The translations under genes were made by a program, and so were the position numbers. From NCBI RefSeq assembly GCF_964204645.1, contig NC_134027.1, positions 10,820,485-10,884,484 on the forward strand: a stretch of 64,000 nucleotides of DNA. The letters run 5' to 3'. The notes under the pieces were generated by a model. It searched no databases. It worked only from the letters and a program-made list of their open reading frames with translations, and was not told the DNA's origin. This document shows, piece by piece, positions 62,363-64,000 of this stretch. Numbering within the stretch: the first letter of the stretch is position 1; the number at the start of each line of letters is the position of its first letter. This DNA is from Tubulanus polymorphus. Its lineage: Eukaryota > Animalia > Nemertea.

Positions 62363-63650
62363 CTCGCCTGGGCTTAATTAAGTGCCTGTCCTCAGGTACT
62401 TCACAAAGGAAACCATCATGTCTCGCAACAAAAATAAAGAAATCACACGCACAAAATATTCAATTCAATTCAAATCCTTGAGGGATGGAAATCGAAAAAA
62501 AAACATTACGGACATGACAATTGCTTTGGACTATACACACGATTCCGCTAATCCTCGATACAATTAACTATATACAGTGCTTCTCTGTTGAAGGCAAAAC
62601 CAAAAATCTAGAACCTAGTCTTAAATCTGACATCCAAAATCAGTCAATAATTTGAACGCACTTCAACAGATACCGCCTAAACCTAAAACCGGGGCATTAC
62701 TCCGCCCTCCTTTTTTCTTATCAGAAGAGGGTAAACTCCTGCTTTTCTGTGCTGGAGTGTAGTCTCCAGAGGAAACCAATACATTTATCCGTCAGCAATT
62801 CCAATAGAACTGGACGTTCCAACTCCCTACTCGACACGTGGATCATCCTGGTTCATCCCATCGTGGACTTCGATGTGGGAACTGGTACATCTCATTCCTT
62901 GGTAATCAGCGTTGGTTGGTCATCAGCTCCTGGTATTTTGGTCAGCAGTCGCGCGCGCATGTCAAGTAGAGCCTACCATGCATCCCAAACTGGATATAGA
63001 CTTTGTCCAGGAAGGGGACGGATTGGAATAAATGTATAGGTGACCATTCTAGCCCTAACCTAAGAGGATCAGCTTTTCTAAAATTAATCAATCTTCTGTT
63101 GCGTCTATTGTAACAGTGTCCCTGAAAGCAAAAGAACAAAAGCCAATTCTCTGTGCATGGAAGTTCGACCGATACCATTACTGAATGAATGATTTAATGA
63201 GTTTTAATCTGTACAATCGTTCCTCCAAAAATTTTCCTACAACGCCTGGGCTTTTATGGTTAACTATATCCTAAGCAATCGACTATTTACAATGACCGCC
63301 CATCTTACAACACAAAAATCCACTCTTGGCTCTATCCTATACCTCATACCTCAATAAATTTCTACCTGAACTCTATTTTTAATATTTATCTCGACTATTT
63401 ACATCTGACTCCCCCGCCTGGGCTTTTTTAAATTAGACATGCCCACATGTCTAGACATAGACTATTTTCCCTAGCCCCGGGTCCGAGTTCAACACGTGGT
63501 ACCGGTACGTATGACTGGGGTGCCCATAATGTTCCTTTACGCACAGGGTCACTGCCATCACACCCTCCGCTTATCACAACTTGATTTCTGTTAAATACAC
63601 TACCCACTTGCTTTTCACGACTATTTACAACGATATCCCTACTGATCTAA

Positions 63651-64000
63651 TTAACTTTTAATACGGCTCCTGTGGTACGTATGACTGGGGTGCCCATAAT
63701 GCTTCTTGAGCACAGGGTCACTGCAATCACACATCCTACTAACCACAACTTTGTCACGCAACGGTGGAGGTTTCCCTCGAAGGTGACCCTTATCTCTTTT
63801 AACTCCAACCCGGTTCCGATATCTGCATTCTACTGGCCCGATATGTTTTACCCCAGGTTTAAACACACTTGTATATTGGTGCGAATGCTCCACAGAACTA
63901 ATACGAGGGACAAGGGCAACGTCATTACACTGCTCAACTCCAGTGAGACCTAATCCCTCCTGGGCACCAGCTGAACTTTCGACCAAAGCGGTATCCGGAT
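63651..64000 (-). CDS. ORF2 copy 3, 3' end only (cut by window edge)
   Basis: Same C-terminal translation as copies 1 and 2. Confidence 0.8.
   Translation of the reverse strand, partial: PDTALVESSAGAQEGLGLTGVEQCNDVALVPRISSVEHSHQYTSVFKPGVKHIGPVECRYRNRVGVKRDKGHLRGKPPPLRDKVVVSRMCDCSDPVLKKHYGHPSHTYHRSRIKS

Larger units (their letters stand above)
51417..64000 (-). mobile_element. tandem array of a pol-less LTR retroelement (unit 5,093 bp; LTR-internal-LTR-internal-LTR-internal...), continuing beyond the window
   Basis: All ORFs recur at +5093 and +10186. Each unit has one shared LTR, a PBS, gag and a -1 frame ORF2. Confidence 0.95.

Overview
AT-rich, intron-containing animal genomic DNA, probably from an invertebrate. 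Bases 1-20,000 show no convincing coding exon; they hold MITEs, simple repeats and CpG-rich non-coding islands, and may be one very large TSR1 intron. Then come the 3' ten exons of TSR1 (+), an intronless class A GPCR (-), two tandem MYND zinc-finger paralogues (+), an intronless divergent TRPV-like channel (-), a complete 9-exon ADAT1 (-), and the first exon of a secreted PAN/apple-like gene (+). From 51,417 to the window end lies a head-to-tail array (period 5,093 bp, shared ~760-bp LTRs) of a near-identical minus-strand LTR retroelement with a tRNA-Lys-like PBS and an intact gag. It has no pol. In its place, a canonical -1 frameshift signal (G_GGU_UUU, 6-nt spacer, 8-bp stem) leads into a ~420-aa ORF with four regularly spaced PLDL(S/R) CtBP-type motifs. 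This element is the main candidate for an undescribed system.
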